Source: a virus
Lineage: Duplodnaviria; Heunggongvirae; Uroviricota; Caudoviricetes
Length of the DNA stretch: 64,000 bases
Virus record (IMG/VR): IMGVR_UViG_3300037455_000543
Span: 360,164 to 424,163 of that record
Reading direction: 5' to 3' (one strand)
In this document: positions 11,576-23,700 of the stretch, piece after piece
Layout: each line of letters begins with the position of its first letter
Position numbering within the stretch: position 1 is the first letter of the stretch
Made by a program: the position numbers and the translations under genes
Notes under the pieces: model-generated
Told to the model about the DNA's origin: nothing
Seen by the model: the letters and a program-made list of their open reading frames with translations, nothing else
Databases searched by the model: none

Positions 11576-11872
11576 ATGGTTAAAGCAGAAGATTTTTTAC
11601 CAGAAGATAAGAAAGTAGATATTCGTTCAATGGATCCGTGGCAGGTCATTAAACAGGCTGCAGAGGCTGCAGGTATTAAGATTAAGAATCCTAAGCCAAA
11701 TTGTAAGCATTGTAATGGTCGCGGCTATGTAGGTCGTTATGCAGATACTGGTGAACCTATTGCATGTAAATGTATTTTTGAAAAGGAAGTAACTGACAGA
11801 GATACAACTATTGAACAGCAGTATCTTAGACCAAGAAACAGAGCAGAACGTAGAGCATTGAGAAGAGGTTAA
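11576..11872 (+). CDS. small zinc-finger protein
   Basis: CKHCNGRG...CKC; basic RPRNRAERR tail. Confidence 0.6.
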   Translation: MVKAEDFLPEDKKVDIRSMDPWQVIKQAAEAAGIKIKNPKPNCKHCNGRGYVGRYADTGEPIACKCIFEKEVTDRDTTIEQQYLRPRNRAERRALRRG

Positions 11873-11875
11873 TAA

Positions 11876-12814
11876 ATGGCTGAAGATACAAAAAGTTATG
11901 TCTGGGAACATTATTTTAGACCGAAGAGTGTAAAAGATGTTATCATGCCACAAGATTATCATAACTTCTTCAGTAAGATAATCAAGGGTGGTGCATCACA
12001 GAACTTGATTCTTTCCAGTACTACTCCAGGTTCTGGAAAAAGTACGACAGCTCTTGCATTGGCACATGATCTTGATGCAGAATTCTTGTTCTTAAATGCA
12101 TCTGATGATAATGGCATTGATACAATTAGAGAAATGGTTCCTAACTTTGCATCGACTGGTTCTCATAATGGTAATCCAAAAATTATCATTTTTGACGAAG
12201 CTGATGGTATGACTCCTAAGGGACAGGAAGCGTTAAGAAACTACATCGACAAGTATCAGGACAATTGTAGATTTATTTTGACCTGTAACCATATTGCAAG
12301 AATTATCAAGCCACTTAAGGAAGAAGGTGGCAGAACGATGGTTTTTGATTATGACTTAAAGAATCCTAAGTATATCGAAGAGCTTAGAGATAAAATCTAT
12401 AAGCGAATGGAAGGTATATTGAAGTTCGAAAAAGTTCCGTTCGAAGAAAAGGCAGTCAGAGACTTAATAAATCTAAAGTTCCCATCTATCCGTTCTATTG
12501 TCGCTACTTTACAAAAGTATGCTATGATGAAGGATAAGATTGATATGGATATTATTCCGTATGTTCAAATAGGTGACGAATTTACAAATATCGTCCTCAG
12601 CAAGAACTTAACGGATTGTAGAAAATATATCAATGAACATGGTTTATTCCCGGTCGATGTGTTCTGTTACTTAATGGATAATATCGTTCCTAAATGCACG
12701 AATAAAGGTGATGCTATTACACAGATTGCAAACTATGAATACCAGTCAAACTTGTCGTCTGACCCGTCTATTCAAATTGCAGCATGTTTGGTTAACCTGT
12801 TCCAATGTATCTAA
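11876..12814 (+). CDS. clamp loader large subunit, T4 gp44/RFC-like
   Basis: WEHYFRP, PGSGKST, LNASDDNGID, IIFDEAD, CRFILTCN. Confidence 0.9.
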   Translation: MAEDTKSYVWEHYFRPKSVKDVIMPQDYHNFFSKIIKGGASQNLILSSTTPGSGKSTTALALAHDLDAEFLFLNASDDNGIDTIREMVPNFASTGSHNGNPKIIIFDEADGMTPKGQEALRNYIDKYQDNCRFILTCNHIARIIKPLKEEGGRTMVFDYDLKNPKYIEELRDKIYKRMEGILKFEKVPFEEKAVRDLINLKFPSIRSIVATLQKYAMMKDKIDMDIIPYVQIGDEFTNIVLSKNLTDCRKYINEHGLFPVDVFCYLMDNIVPKCTNKGDAITQIANYEYQSNLSSDPSIQIAACLVNLFQCI

Positions 12815-13087
12815 TGTCTGAATTATTTAGATATGATTCCGATAAATTGAATCGTAAGCAGTTAATAATTGCTTACGGTTCTGATATTGAAAATATAGAA
12901 AAAGAAATTCAGAATTTAGAAAGTGTATTAAATAATAAAAAATATAAAAAACTAATGAGTAGGGACAAATATACTGAAGTCTACTCTAAATTAATGGATT
13001 TGAAAGCATTAAAGGACTTATTGCTATTTGAAAAAGATCTTTCATTAATTTAGGTTGACAATATAAAGTATATTTGCTATATTAATT

Positions 13088-13525
13088 ATGAAAAAGAAAA
13101 TACTTTATATATTGCGTGGTGTTCCAGGATCTGGAAAATCTACATATGCTAAGGAAATAATGACAAATCGGTGCGATAGCATTGGTGAGCATTATGAAGC
13201 GGATATGTATTTTATGGATAATGGAATGTATAATTGGAATGCTGATAAGCTTTACTATGCACATAAGTGGTGTTACTTTAGTGTGTGTAAGGCGATGGAT
13301 AAGCCGTCCAACGATTATGTAATTGTTTCTAATACATTCGTATTGAACAAGGACATAAAGCCTTATATAAAGGCTGCAGAAGAAAGAGGATGGGAAGTAA
13401 GCGTTTTAAGATTGTCTAACAATTTTAATAATGTCCATTCTGTTCCGGCTGAAGTTGTTCAGGGAATGTTGGATAAGTTCCAAGATTATCCTGGCGAAAT
13501 AAAGCTTGCTAAAGTTGAAGTATGA
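13088..13525 (+). CDS. P-loop kinase (AAA_33/polynucleotide-kinase-like)
   Basis: RGVPGSGKST, EADMYF, VSNTF, NVHSVP. Confidence 0.8.
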   Translation: MKKKILYILRGVPGSGKSTYAKEIMTNRCDSIGEHYEADMYFMDNGMYNWNADKLYYAHKWCYFSVCKAMDKPSNDYVIVSNTFVLNKDIKPYIKAAEERGWEVSVLRLSNNFNNVHSVPAEVVQGMLDKFQDYPGEIKLAKVEV

Positions 13526-14070
13526 CACAAGAAGACAAGAATAAATTCGATTGGTTAAATCAAACTTCGTATCTTTTACGATTGTTGCTTAACAAATATG
13601 GTTTTGAAATTGAAAAATTTACAATTACGAACAATGATGTTTGGCATGTCTTTTATGACAAGACAATCGTAGGAAGTATCACATTCAGAACAGACGAAGA
13701 TAATTTTACCTATTGTAATTTAAGACTTTATAAATATTTTTCTTTAAAGTTTCCTAAAATAAAAGACTTTATTATGTCTGAATATTTTGAATTCGAAGAC
13801 GGAAAACGTGTTCGGTTCAAGTTCGATGACTTTGAAGAATATATTGAAAAAGTATTGACTTGTGTAAATTCATTGATAGTAAAGCAGAAGGAAACGCCAG
13901 AAGAGCAAGATGATTTAAGCGATAGTATATCGAGGCTTAAAGAATATTGTGAAGAATATGACAGTAAGTTTTCGAATAATATAATGTTTAAGGATATTCG
14001 AAATATCCTTAACGAAAACCAAAGATTACTAAAAGAAATCGAAAAACTTAAAGCTTCTGCTGAAAGATAA
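13522..14070 (+). CDS. hypothetical protein
   Basis: ATGA-coupled ORF. Confidence 0.65.
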   Translation: MTQEDKNKFDWLNQTSYLLRLLLNKYGFEIEKFTITNNDVWHVFYDKTIVGSITFRTDEDNFTYCNLRLYKYFSLKFPKIKDFIMSEYFEFEDGKRVRFKFDDFEEYIEKVLTCVNSLIVKQKETPEEQDDLSDSISRLKEYCEEYDSKFSNNIMFKDIRNILNENQRLLKEIEKLKASAER

Positions 14071-14148
14071 CTGGTGAATATACTGGATTGAGAACGGGTT
14101 AACAAACCCGTTCTTTTTTATTATATTTGATATATCAAAGGATTTAAA

Positions 14149-16013
14149 ATGGCAAAGACTAAACAGAAATATCTTGTTTTAAAGGTTGTTCGCCTTGATG
14201 AAAAGAACGAACTGTATAAAAATATCTATCGTGTAACCGATGAAACTGGAACATTGAACCTGCTCGGTTATTATGACGAAAAGGAAACAGAACCTGTTGT
14301 AATCCTTACCAATAAGGCTGTTCTTGAATATGATTGGAATGGCATTGCTGCAAGAGTTCAGAAACTTAATAAAGATTTCTGCGAACAGTTTGTGGACAAG
14401 TCTAAGATCATCGTTATTACTGAAGAGGCTAAGACTGAAGAAGTCGGTCAGAATTTCCGTATTGTGGATAATGTCATGTTCATTACTGAACATCGATATA
14501 ATTCTCAGTTCAAGGAAGAAAATATCGTTGTCGAAAAGCCTAAGGTTGAAGTTGTTGAACCTAATCCTGGGTTCTTTACAAAGCTTAAGAGACAGCTTTT
14601 CCCAAATAAGGTTAAGCAAAAGGCTCCGGAAGAACAATACAAAACTTTTGTTGGCGATTTGACAGAAGATGAAAAAAGTGCAGTCAAGCATATTGGCTGG
14701 GGTGTAGCGTTTGTGCTTATCTTGGCTGTCGGTTTTGTTTGGCTTGATCAACATTATTCAGAAAGATATACGCCTACTGAGGTAACTGAAGAGTTCATGA
14801 AGAATATTACTCAGACTACTACTAAAACGGTGTTCGATTCTGTTCATGTTGATACTATTGCTATTCCTGATACGATTACTTTTAACCATGATTTCCAGCT
14901 TACTCAGGAACAACAGCGTATTGCTGATTCTTTAGCAAGAGAAAAGCGTTATGCTGACAGTGTTAATCTGTATCTTAGACTTCATAGAAAGGTAAAGGTT
15001 TCGTTGCATTCCGCCATTAACGATGGTCATACTGAAAGAACTGCTAAGACTGAAATGGTTGCTGATTCTCTTAGGGAACAGGATATTAAACAGCTTACTA
15101 CTGTTATTAACCAGATGACCAAGGAAATGAACAACGAAAGACTTGAAGAGCTTAAGCAAAATCGATTCATTACTCCTGGTAAAGAAAGTAATTTCATTAT
15201 TGGTATGAGCAAGAAGGATGACTAATGAGTAATGATGAATGGAAGAAATTCTGGGAAGATAGATTAATTAAAGGAGATGGCGGTTATTATCGAGACAACA
15301 ATGGTCAAATTAGAAAGCTAAAGTCTAATGAATACATTGATCAATATGGTAATTTACAAAAACGATATGGTTATTATAATGAAGAATATCATCCGCATTG
15401 TACTTTTGTAGAACCGGCTCAATATAAAGATGACCATTATGAAGGAGATGGTGTGGAAGATTTACCTTTGGTATTAAAACTCTTTATTTCTTGTTTTGTT
15501 CTTTTTGTTTTCTTGGGTGTACTTGTATTATTGCCCATTCATGACAATGTTCCACCTGTTGTTATTACAGAAAAGAAAACAACTGTCGTAGATTCTGTTT
15601 CTGCATTTGACATTAATCAAGAAAAAGACTTGACGACGCAGATGATAGATGAAAAGAAACAGCAGATGGCAGAAGTCAATGAAGAAATCAAGAAAATTCA
15701 AGAAAAGAAGGCTACTGCTGATACATTAAAGGCTAATAAGAAAGAACGTCTTACTATGACTGCCTTGGTTGACGATGGTTTTATTACCCGCGAAATTAAG
15801 GCTGAGGCTGAAGTTGATAGTGTTACTGATGATGCGATCGATATGCTATCTCAGTCATTACAGACAACAGTTGATAGTATTGCTTTACAGACTAAGTTAA
15901 AGACTTACATGAGAGCTCAGTTGGAAAACGGTGATACTGCTACGGTTGCATTGTTGATGCGTGCGAGAGACTGGAGTCTGGACGAGTTGATTGAGGTATT
16001 TGGTTTAGAGTAG
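14149..16013 (+). CDS. two paralogous single-pass membrane proteins (14149-15225, 15225-16013)
   Basis: Central TM helix; shared A-x-x-D-G...R..K.E...DS C-terminal domain. Confidence 0.7.
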
Positions 16014-16071
16014 TAAGTATTGACGAATTTAATCGTTTTTACTATATTTAAATCGATTAAAGGAGTAATTA

Positions 16072-17963
16072 ATGTTCAAAAGCAAACCGATTATCCATAT
16101 ATTATTCATGATTCTAACAGAGTTTGTTCTCTGTTATGGATTAACTTATGCAATTTCATATATTGCAAGTCGTCCTGATGGACATGTAAGATATGTATCT
16201 ACTATATCTGAAAATGGAGATCTTGAAGATGTTTTAGATATTGCAGGAATTAAGTATCGGGATGCTTTCGAACGTCTTAATTATGATACACAGTATAGGA
16301 TTAAGCATGAAGTGCTTAGGAAGATGACTATTCCATATCACTATACAGAAAAGGAATTCAAAAATACTGTATGGTTTTGGACATGGGTAGTATTTACTAT
16401 AAGTATGTTCTTGTTTTTCTTTATTGCTATGTTTGCACATGATACTGGAGATGTTGTGGCTTCACCTATATTTTGCAAAATATTGTGTTGTTTATTGACA
16501 ATTCTACCAGCATCAGTGAATGAACCTATTAAAACTAGAAGACTAAGACGACACGAAAAAATTACCAGTTTACTTAATAACTTTAACAACTACGGGGTAA
16601 AATAATATGATGATTGGATATGAACGATACGAACTTCGTGATACTGATCCGGATATTACTGGTATGATTATGCTTTTAACCGCAGTCATGTTTATTTTTG
16701 GTATTATCATGTCTATCACATGTGAAAGTCTCCCGTCTAAGGAAATTGAACAAGAATTGCTTAATAAAAAATGCGAATATGTTAAGGGTTATATTGACAG
16801 CCAGAATATGATCCCTAACTGGCAAAAGGGGTGGTAATGCCAGCACATAAAGTTCTTATTTATATTGCCATGCTTATTTTTGAAATTTGGGCATGGAATT
16901 TTATTGGAAATGGTATAGCGACTGCCGTTACTAGTAAAGATAAGCAATATGAAATTAGTAGTGATTGCAATTGTGAGCACGAAGTTTTACAACGTATTAA
17001 ACATGCAAATATTAGCGATAGTGATAAAGCAAAGTATTTAACAAAATATACTTTGATGAATCCTTTTGAAAAAGAATTCTTTGAAAAAGAGATTAAAAAT
17101 GCTCCTATTACTATTACTTATGATGAAAGAGTAATTATTCTGACAAGACGAATTTCTATACTTGGAATTACATTTAGTTTCTTATTTACAATGATATTTG
17201 TAATAGTACTAAATCAAAGTGGCGGTAATGGGCATCTTGCGCCACCGCTTTGTTGGGTTGTTATAGGTATTATTATGCTTGTTTATTATTTTACAGGCGG
17301 TAAGAAAGAACGAGATGCAAAAAAGAGAGAAAATCTTCATAAAAAAATTTCTGGATTGACTGAAAAATTTAAACAGTTTAATAGGATGGCATAATGTATA
17401 AATTTCTTAGTAAATTCTTAATTGACGACTATGAAGCATATGAAGCTGACGCATTTTGTGCAATACAGACTGGTGTATGTATTGTTATGCTTATTGCAGG
17501 TATTATTTTAAGTGTTATTCCTGAGATTATGATTTTTCCGAATGATATACAGCAACGTCTTGGTGAACATAAGCGTGAACTAATCTTTAATCGACTAGAT
17601 CAGGAAACTACATCTGTTAAGCCTCTTATATCTTCTGCACCAGCAAAGGCTGTAAAAGAAGCTCCTATGTCAATGGTTCCACTGGTTTTTGCAACAACAC
17701 CTACGCCTATGACTAAAAAGGATAGTGTTGTAAAGGAAGAAAAAGTAGAAGCTCAGCCAAAAGTAGCAGAACATAAAAATGTTCCTGCGAATTTGAAAGC
17801 AATTCCTAATAAGCCTTTGTCGGCAGCTCCTGCAAATGTTGAAGTGACTAAAGGACCGACATATACTTGGAGAAGTTCTGGAAATACTGTAAAGATTACA
17901 TATCCAGACGGAAGAGTTGAAATTGTAAGTAAATCTTTATTGCCATATCTATTGGGTAAGTAA
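16072..17963 (+). CDS. four membrane-protein genes (16072-16605, 16607-16837, ~16837-17394, 17394-17963)
   Basis: Coupled ORFs with TM segments behind TTGACG promoter at 16020. Confidence 0.65.
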
Positions 17964-18619
17964 TGAAAATAATGTTAGACATGGACGGTGTATTAACCGA
18001 TTATGATTCTTGGCTTGATTATCACAATGCAAGAAAAGAAAACGGTAAAACAAATTGGGGAAAAGTCGGAAAGATTGGTTCCTCATTTTGGTCTAATATG
18101 CCATGGAATTTAGAAGGTCATAAGCTTTATAATCTTATTCTTGATTATATAAAGGATAAACCTAATATTCAGTTAGGTATTCATTCAGCTATTGGAATGG
18201 AATGCGGTAAAGTTGGAAAACGTTACTGGTTAGAAAGAAATTGTCCTGAAATTTCTATGGATTTAGTAAAGCTGGATAATGACGGTCATTTTAAATATAG
18301 AACTGGTGCATTTGATGAAATTCTTGTCGATGATAGATTGCCAAATATTGAGTCTTATGTAGCTGCAGGATTTCCTGGAGTATTGTTTACCAATGCACAA
18401 GAAACGTTTGACGGTATTGTCAAGATTATCGATGATTATAAGAAACGACCTGATTATAAGGAAATTCTTAGATTATTGAAGAAAGAACGTGAATGTGTCA
18501 TTAGAGCAGAACATTGTGACAGGAATTGTGCTAAATGTGATTTAGTAGAAGACCCTGTAGCAGTTATTGCTATGTATGACAAGGTAATCGAAGCATATTC
18601 TAAATTGGTAGAAGTATGA
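17963..18619 (+). CDS. HAD-family 5'(3')-deoxyribonucleotidase-like
   Basis: LDMDGVL motif I, ILVDD motif IV. Confidence 0.8.
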   Translation: MKIMLDMDGVLTDYDSWLDYHNARKENGKTNWGKVGKIGSSFWSNMPWNLEGHKLYNLILDYIKDKPNIQLGIHSAIGMECGKVGKRYWLERNCPEISMDLVKLDNDGHFKYRTGAFDEILVDDRLPNIESYVAAGFPGVLFTNAQETFDGIVKIIDDYKKRPDYKEILRLLKKERECVIRAEHCDRNCAKCDLVEDPVAVIAMYDKVIEAYSKLVEV

Positions 18620-19122
18620 AATTAAAATATAAAGAACTTTATAAACATGTTTTAAAAGAATATCAGCAATTTAGTAAGTGTGCCAGATTACATGTAGCGG
18701 CATTGCTTGTCAATGACGGTAGAATTCTTTGTTGCGGTTATAATGGAACACCAGCAGGACAAATAAACTGTAATGAATTATTTAAAGGCGAAGTAATTAA
18801 TGGTGTATCACATTATTATTTGAGAGATAATCCATATGAAGAATGGCGTGAGACCGATGAACAAGATTGGCGAGCTGCGCATCATGAATTCGCTAACAAG
18901 AACGAATTGCATGCTGAACAAAACCTTCTTGGTCAATGCTTACAAAAGAATATTAATGTAACAGACTGTTCTATTGTAATATCTCATGAACCGTGTGAAA
19001 GTTGCGCAAGGTTAATTCTTGCGGCAGGTATTAAACATGTGCTATATGTTGACAAGTATGACCGAGGTTCACGGGGAATTGAGTTCCTCACGGCAAACGG
19101 GGTAAAAGTAGAGCAGTTCTAA
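18616..19122 (+). CDS. cd: dCMP deaminase
   Basis: GYNGTP, HAE, PCESC zinc motifs. Confidence 0.9.
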   Translation: MKLKYKELYKHVLKEYQQFSKCARLHVAALLVNDGRILCCGYNGTPAGQINCNELFKGEVINGVSHYYLRDNPYEEWRETDEQDWRAAHHEFANKNELHAEQNLLGQCLQKNINVTDCSIVISHEPCESCARLILAAGIKHVLYVDKYDRGSRGIEFLTANGVKVEQF

Positions 19123-19180
19123 GTATTGACGGTTATGACTGATTTTACTATATTAATGACATAAAATTAAGGAGTCATTA

Positions 19181-19831
19181 ATGAGTTATCACGACGACAG
19201 CAATACTGGTTGCACAATCATCTTTAGCATTGCAGCACTTGCTTTTTGCTTCTTGTTTGCAATGTGTCAAAACTCCTTGGTAGACAAGGACTTAAACAAA
19301 GTCTCTGCTACCGCGAAGAGTGAATATCTTGAGCATAATACCGAAAGCTGGGGAAATAAGCTTGTCGGCGGTAACAGCATGAAGAAGGCTGTTTATGCTA
19401 CTTATCAAGGTATTGCAAAGGAAAACAACATTTCTGTTTATGAAGCAGTAAAGCAAACAAGAGGAAAGTTTGCTGGTCAATTTAAGACTCATTTCCGCTC
19501 TCTTGGTTCTTTCTTAGCTTTGCCTAATATCAGGAATGCATATCGTTCTGATGATATGGGTAAGCAAGTAGTTGTCGTTCATTTCACCTGGCAAGAATGT
19601 AGCGGTAGTGGTGACAATCATCATTGTTGGACTGAACATGATGAAGTTATTATTCCTGAAATCGTTCAACCTAAGATGAACTATGATAAAGACAGGTATG
19701 AAAACCAATCTTATGATGAACCCGAAGAAACTGGCACTGTAGGTATTGACTATGAAGGTTTTGATATGCAGATAAACCATCAGCCTACTGTCGGTATCGA
19801 CTATGACAACTTTGATATGGTTGTCGAGTAA
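19181..19831 (+). CDS. exported/membrane-anchored protein
   Basis: N-terminal hydrophobic helix; duplicated TVGIDYxxFDM at C-terminus. Confidence 0.6.
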   Translation: MSYHDDSNTGCTIIFSIAALAFCFLFAMCQNSLVDKDLNKVSATAKSEYLEHNTESWGNKLVGGNSMKKAVYATYQGIAKENNISVYEAVKQTRGKFAGQFKTHFRSLGSFLALPNIRNAYRSDDMGKQVVVVHFTWQECSGSGDNHHCWTEHDEVIIPEIVQPKMNYDKDRYENQSYDEPEETGTVGIDYEGFDMQINHQPTVGIDYDNFDMVVE

Positions 19832-19912
19832 AAGGGGTTTACAACAGGACAAAAATTTACTATATTTAAATCAAACAAAACAATTAACACATTAAATTAA
19901 AAGGAATAAAAA

Positions 19913-20551
19913 ATGAAAACTAAGTTCAATATTTTCAAGATTTTCGGTAAGAAGATTTCTGATGGTCTCCAGAAGATGATCGACACGAAGGACAAGCTTG
20001 AATACATCCGTTCACATTATCAGGACGAAGTTGACAAGTATGTTGAATCCTCCGAAGGTTTGCTTGTTACTGAAAAGGCTCTCCGTGACAAGGTAAAGGA
20101 ACTGGAAGACAAGACCAAGGCTCTCGAAACTACCGCTAAGAATTATGTCAAGAACGGTGAACTTGAAAAGGCTAAGACTGCTTTCGTTAGCTTCACTGGA
20201 ACCAAGAATGCTCTTGACACCGCTAAGGAAAGCTACAAGGTTATTTCTGAACAGTGCCTCAAGGTTAAGGAAAATCTCAGTAAGGTCGAAATCAATAAGC
20301 TTATGCTCAATGCTAAGATTGATTCTCTCAAGGAACAGATTGAAGTTCTCAAGCTCTCTGACTTCGATGGCGTAAACTTCAGCCAGGAATGCGACGACAT
20401 GCTTAAGGAAGTCGAAGACGAAATCAAGATGACCAAGTACAAGGTCGAAGTTAAGAAGGACGTTAAGCAGATCATGAATGCTAGTGCTGAACCGGCTAAG
20501 ATGACTTCTGTCGATGCTGATTTCAATGCTTTCGTCGAAGCTAACCGCTAA
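19913..20551 (+). CDS. coiled-coil protein, PspA/IM30-like
   Basis: 212 aa all-helical heptads; strongly biased codon usage. Confidence 0.5.
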   Translation: MKTKFNIFKIFGKKISDGLQKMIDTKDKLEYIRSHYQDEVDKYVESSEGLLVTEKALRDKVKELEDKTKALETTAKNYVKNGELEKAKTAFVSFTGTKNALDTAKESYKVISEQCLKVKENLSKVEINKLMLNAKIDSLKEQIEVLKLSDFDGVNFSQECDDMLKEVEDEIKMTKYKVEVKKDVKQIMNASAEPAKMTSVDADFNAFVEANR

Positions 20552-20619
20552 TCTTTGAAGAAATTCAAATAAAAATTAAGGATGATCCACAGGGTCATCC
20601 TTTTTCTATATTTACTATT

Positions 20620-20757
20620 ATGAGATATATTTTACTTATAATAGGTTTATTTTTAATCGGGTGTGGAGAGACCGTCAATCAACCTCCTATTAATGATTGT
20701 TATTCTACAAGTGATTCTACAGTTGTTTGTAGCGATGTTCAGTATCAGAGGTATTAA
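20620..20757 (+). CDS. small putative lipoprotein (not in ORF track)
   Basis: MRYILLIIGLFLIG-C lipobox; ATG 7 nt after TATATT. Confidence 0.55.
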   Translation: MRYILLIIGLFLIGCGETVNQPPINDCYSTSDSTVVCSDVQYQRY

Positions 20758-20759
20758 TA

Positions 20760-23700
20760 ATGAGTGACCAGAATGAATTTTTAACTGATTTTTCAGTCAA
20801 TTTCTTTACAGATTTTTCGAAGTCATTCAGTGGGAATGATATTTCTGCATATAAGCCATATGAACCCGTTGAATCAAAATTTATCGAACCTTCATCGTAT
20901 AAAATGCCCGATGATGCTGACGAGATTATTCGAAAAGAATGGGACAAGAATCCTTCAGAACCTGAAGTTAAAGAACCTAGTTTTGAAGATGAGTATAAAA
21001 AATTTATTAAAAGTAATAAATTTAAAAAATTACATGACGATTTTCAGAACATGGAGAGAATGAATGAAGATTGGAATAAGAAATATAAAAATAAAGAAGA
21101 AGAAAAAATAATTAAGCAGCATAAGGCTAAGTATAAAGAATATATTGACGAATATGAAGAAGAACGTAAAAATTCTACAATAGAATATATTCCGAGTGGC
21201 ATTTCTAATTATCCGAGAGTCGATACAGCATTTGATTTATTATATAGAGGCATTGATAGGAATACAGAAGAAATTGCAAAGAGTATTGGCTGTGTAATTA
21301 AAGGCCAGACATTATATCCTATAGATTGGTCTAAAGAAGAAGTAGAAGAATTGAATAGGAGATTAAAGAGAAAATGATAGTTACTTTTATTAGATGGTTT
21401 ATATTTTCCGCAATCATTATTCTGTCATGCTGTTGTATGATGGAACCAATTCCAGGACATGAAGTAGTTTCTCAAAATATTGCATTTTTTATAGTTTGCG
21501 GTATTACAGGGTGGTTATTAGCAGATTATAATACTATTCGATTGTATAAGAAAGCTAATGAAGAATTAACTTACCATGTAGAATGGTTAATGGAAAAGAA
21601 TGGAATTACTGCTACACCTGAGCCAGTTAAGATAATTAGACTAACCAAACTAAATGAACATTTAGTTAATATGTATAATGGTTGGTTAAAACAATATAGA
21701 GAATTTCCTACTTTATGGGATGCTATTGAAACATATTACAAAGATTGTCAGATTAGCGGTGATAAGGGTTTCATTCTTGACGTTCAAGAACAACAAAAAG
21801 AAGAAGATCCAAAACCACATTCTGTATATTATACAGTAACTACTTATGGAATGAGAGTTACTGACGATATAAAGGCTCTTCGAGAAATTGGTGTTCCTTT
21901 ACAGATTAATGAATATACAAGAGAAGAAGATCCGAATAAGATTGTTAGAGTTTTATCTTGCACCATTCCTGAATGGATGCTTGGTTTAACAAAAGACGAA
22001 ATTTTAAAGGAGTATAAAAAAGCAAATGGATGAAGAATTAAAAGAATTCTTTGATGAAGATAAAGAATCTAAGTCGATTGACTGGAATATATGGCATAAC
22101 AAAGTTAAAGATGCTAAGACTGCATTTCAGATTGATGACATGATTCTAATTTGTGAAAAATTGAATATCGCATTTGGCGAAGATGACCCGATTTCATATG
22201 GTGGCATTAGTGAATTGCTTGATAGTGCGATGGAATGGTTAATTGTTCACTATAATAATAAGTGGGACGGCGTAATTAGAGACAGTGATAAAATACGCTG
22301 TTATGGATTTAATTATTACCGTGATGAAGGTGGATTTTTTACAATAGAGAACCATTTTAAAACCACCGGTAATACAAATACTGATTTGGATTATATAGAT
22401 CCGTATATTAGAATTTCTCTTGTTCCGACAAGTTTCGGTTTGATGGATGTTAAAGACCTTTATTTTAAAATTGAATTTATAGTAGCATCACAGATGTGGT
22501 GAAATGGAGTCAAAAATGAGACAAGTAATAGATTGGGAAAAAATTGAAGATATCGCTGGCGCAGATCCAGATTATATTTTCTACTGGAAGTATGATGGAA
22601 CCTACTCTAAGGGCGATATTATGACATTAAGTAAACTTTCAGACAATAAACTTGCAGAAGTTATTGGTTTTATGAAAGATAGAGAAAAGACTGAAGAAGA
22701 AAATCGTGGAATTGCTGAAGAAGAAGCAAGACAGGCAAAAGTTCTTTTTGAAGCATATTCAAAAATTGATTTCTGCACGCTTACAACATTGATTAATGAG
22801 CATTGGACAGAGGGCTTCGATGATGAATGTATTGATGTAAAATGTTCTGACTATATCGATATTACAAAGCATGAATATGATATGATTGACCTTCAGAAAA
22901 TTGTAAAGGCATTCTGTGATGAAGCATTGAAGCGTTATATGTCAGATTATGTTTCTTGGCTTACTTCTGAAAGAGATGATGAAAAGGCAGAAGAGCCATC
23001 AGGTCAGTTCTGTCATAACGGTATTTGTATTGACATTACTAAATGGGGCGTAAGTATTACATATAGTCCGATTTCTATCTATGCTGCTGCTGAGGATGAA
23101 GTTATAGGAGTTGTTGAATAACAATGAATATTATATTAAATGATGGAACAAAAATAACTGACGCTACTGTTAGTGACATTCAGGAACTTATAAGCAGAGG
23201 CATAATTCATTCTGATTCTGCTTCAGCTACTAATTCACTTATAGATGATAATTGGAAAGCATGTAAGGATCCTTTTGAATCTTTAGTCGGTGACACAAAT
23301 GACTTATTCGCTGCTTGCAAGGATTTATGCAAGGATAATGATAAAATTCCGCCTGAATATCATGATGGTGAGCCAGAAATAGATGGTAACAGTCCTGGTT
23401 TTGGTGCAATTCAAAACTTAATAGCTAAGGGTCAAGTAATTGATTGTCCAGATATTGACTTCCCGCAAGTCAACTTTAGTGATAAGCCACTTTCAGCTAA
23501 TATGCCATATGATTGTAAGCCATATACTGGTTTTACGGGTTTAACTGCTACAACAGCCTGTGAATCAACTGCATGTAATCCTGTATGTGTTAAAATCTAT
23601 GCAAATGATTCAGTAGCAAATGCACTTAGTGCTGTTTCAGAATATGGTAAATGGTAATTAAAAGATAACTGTTTGATTTTTAATAAGTATATTGGGTTGA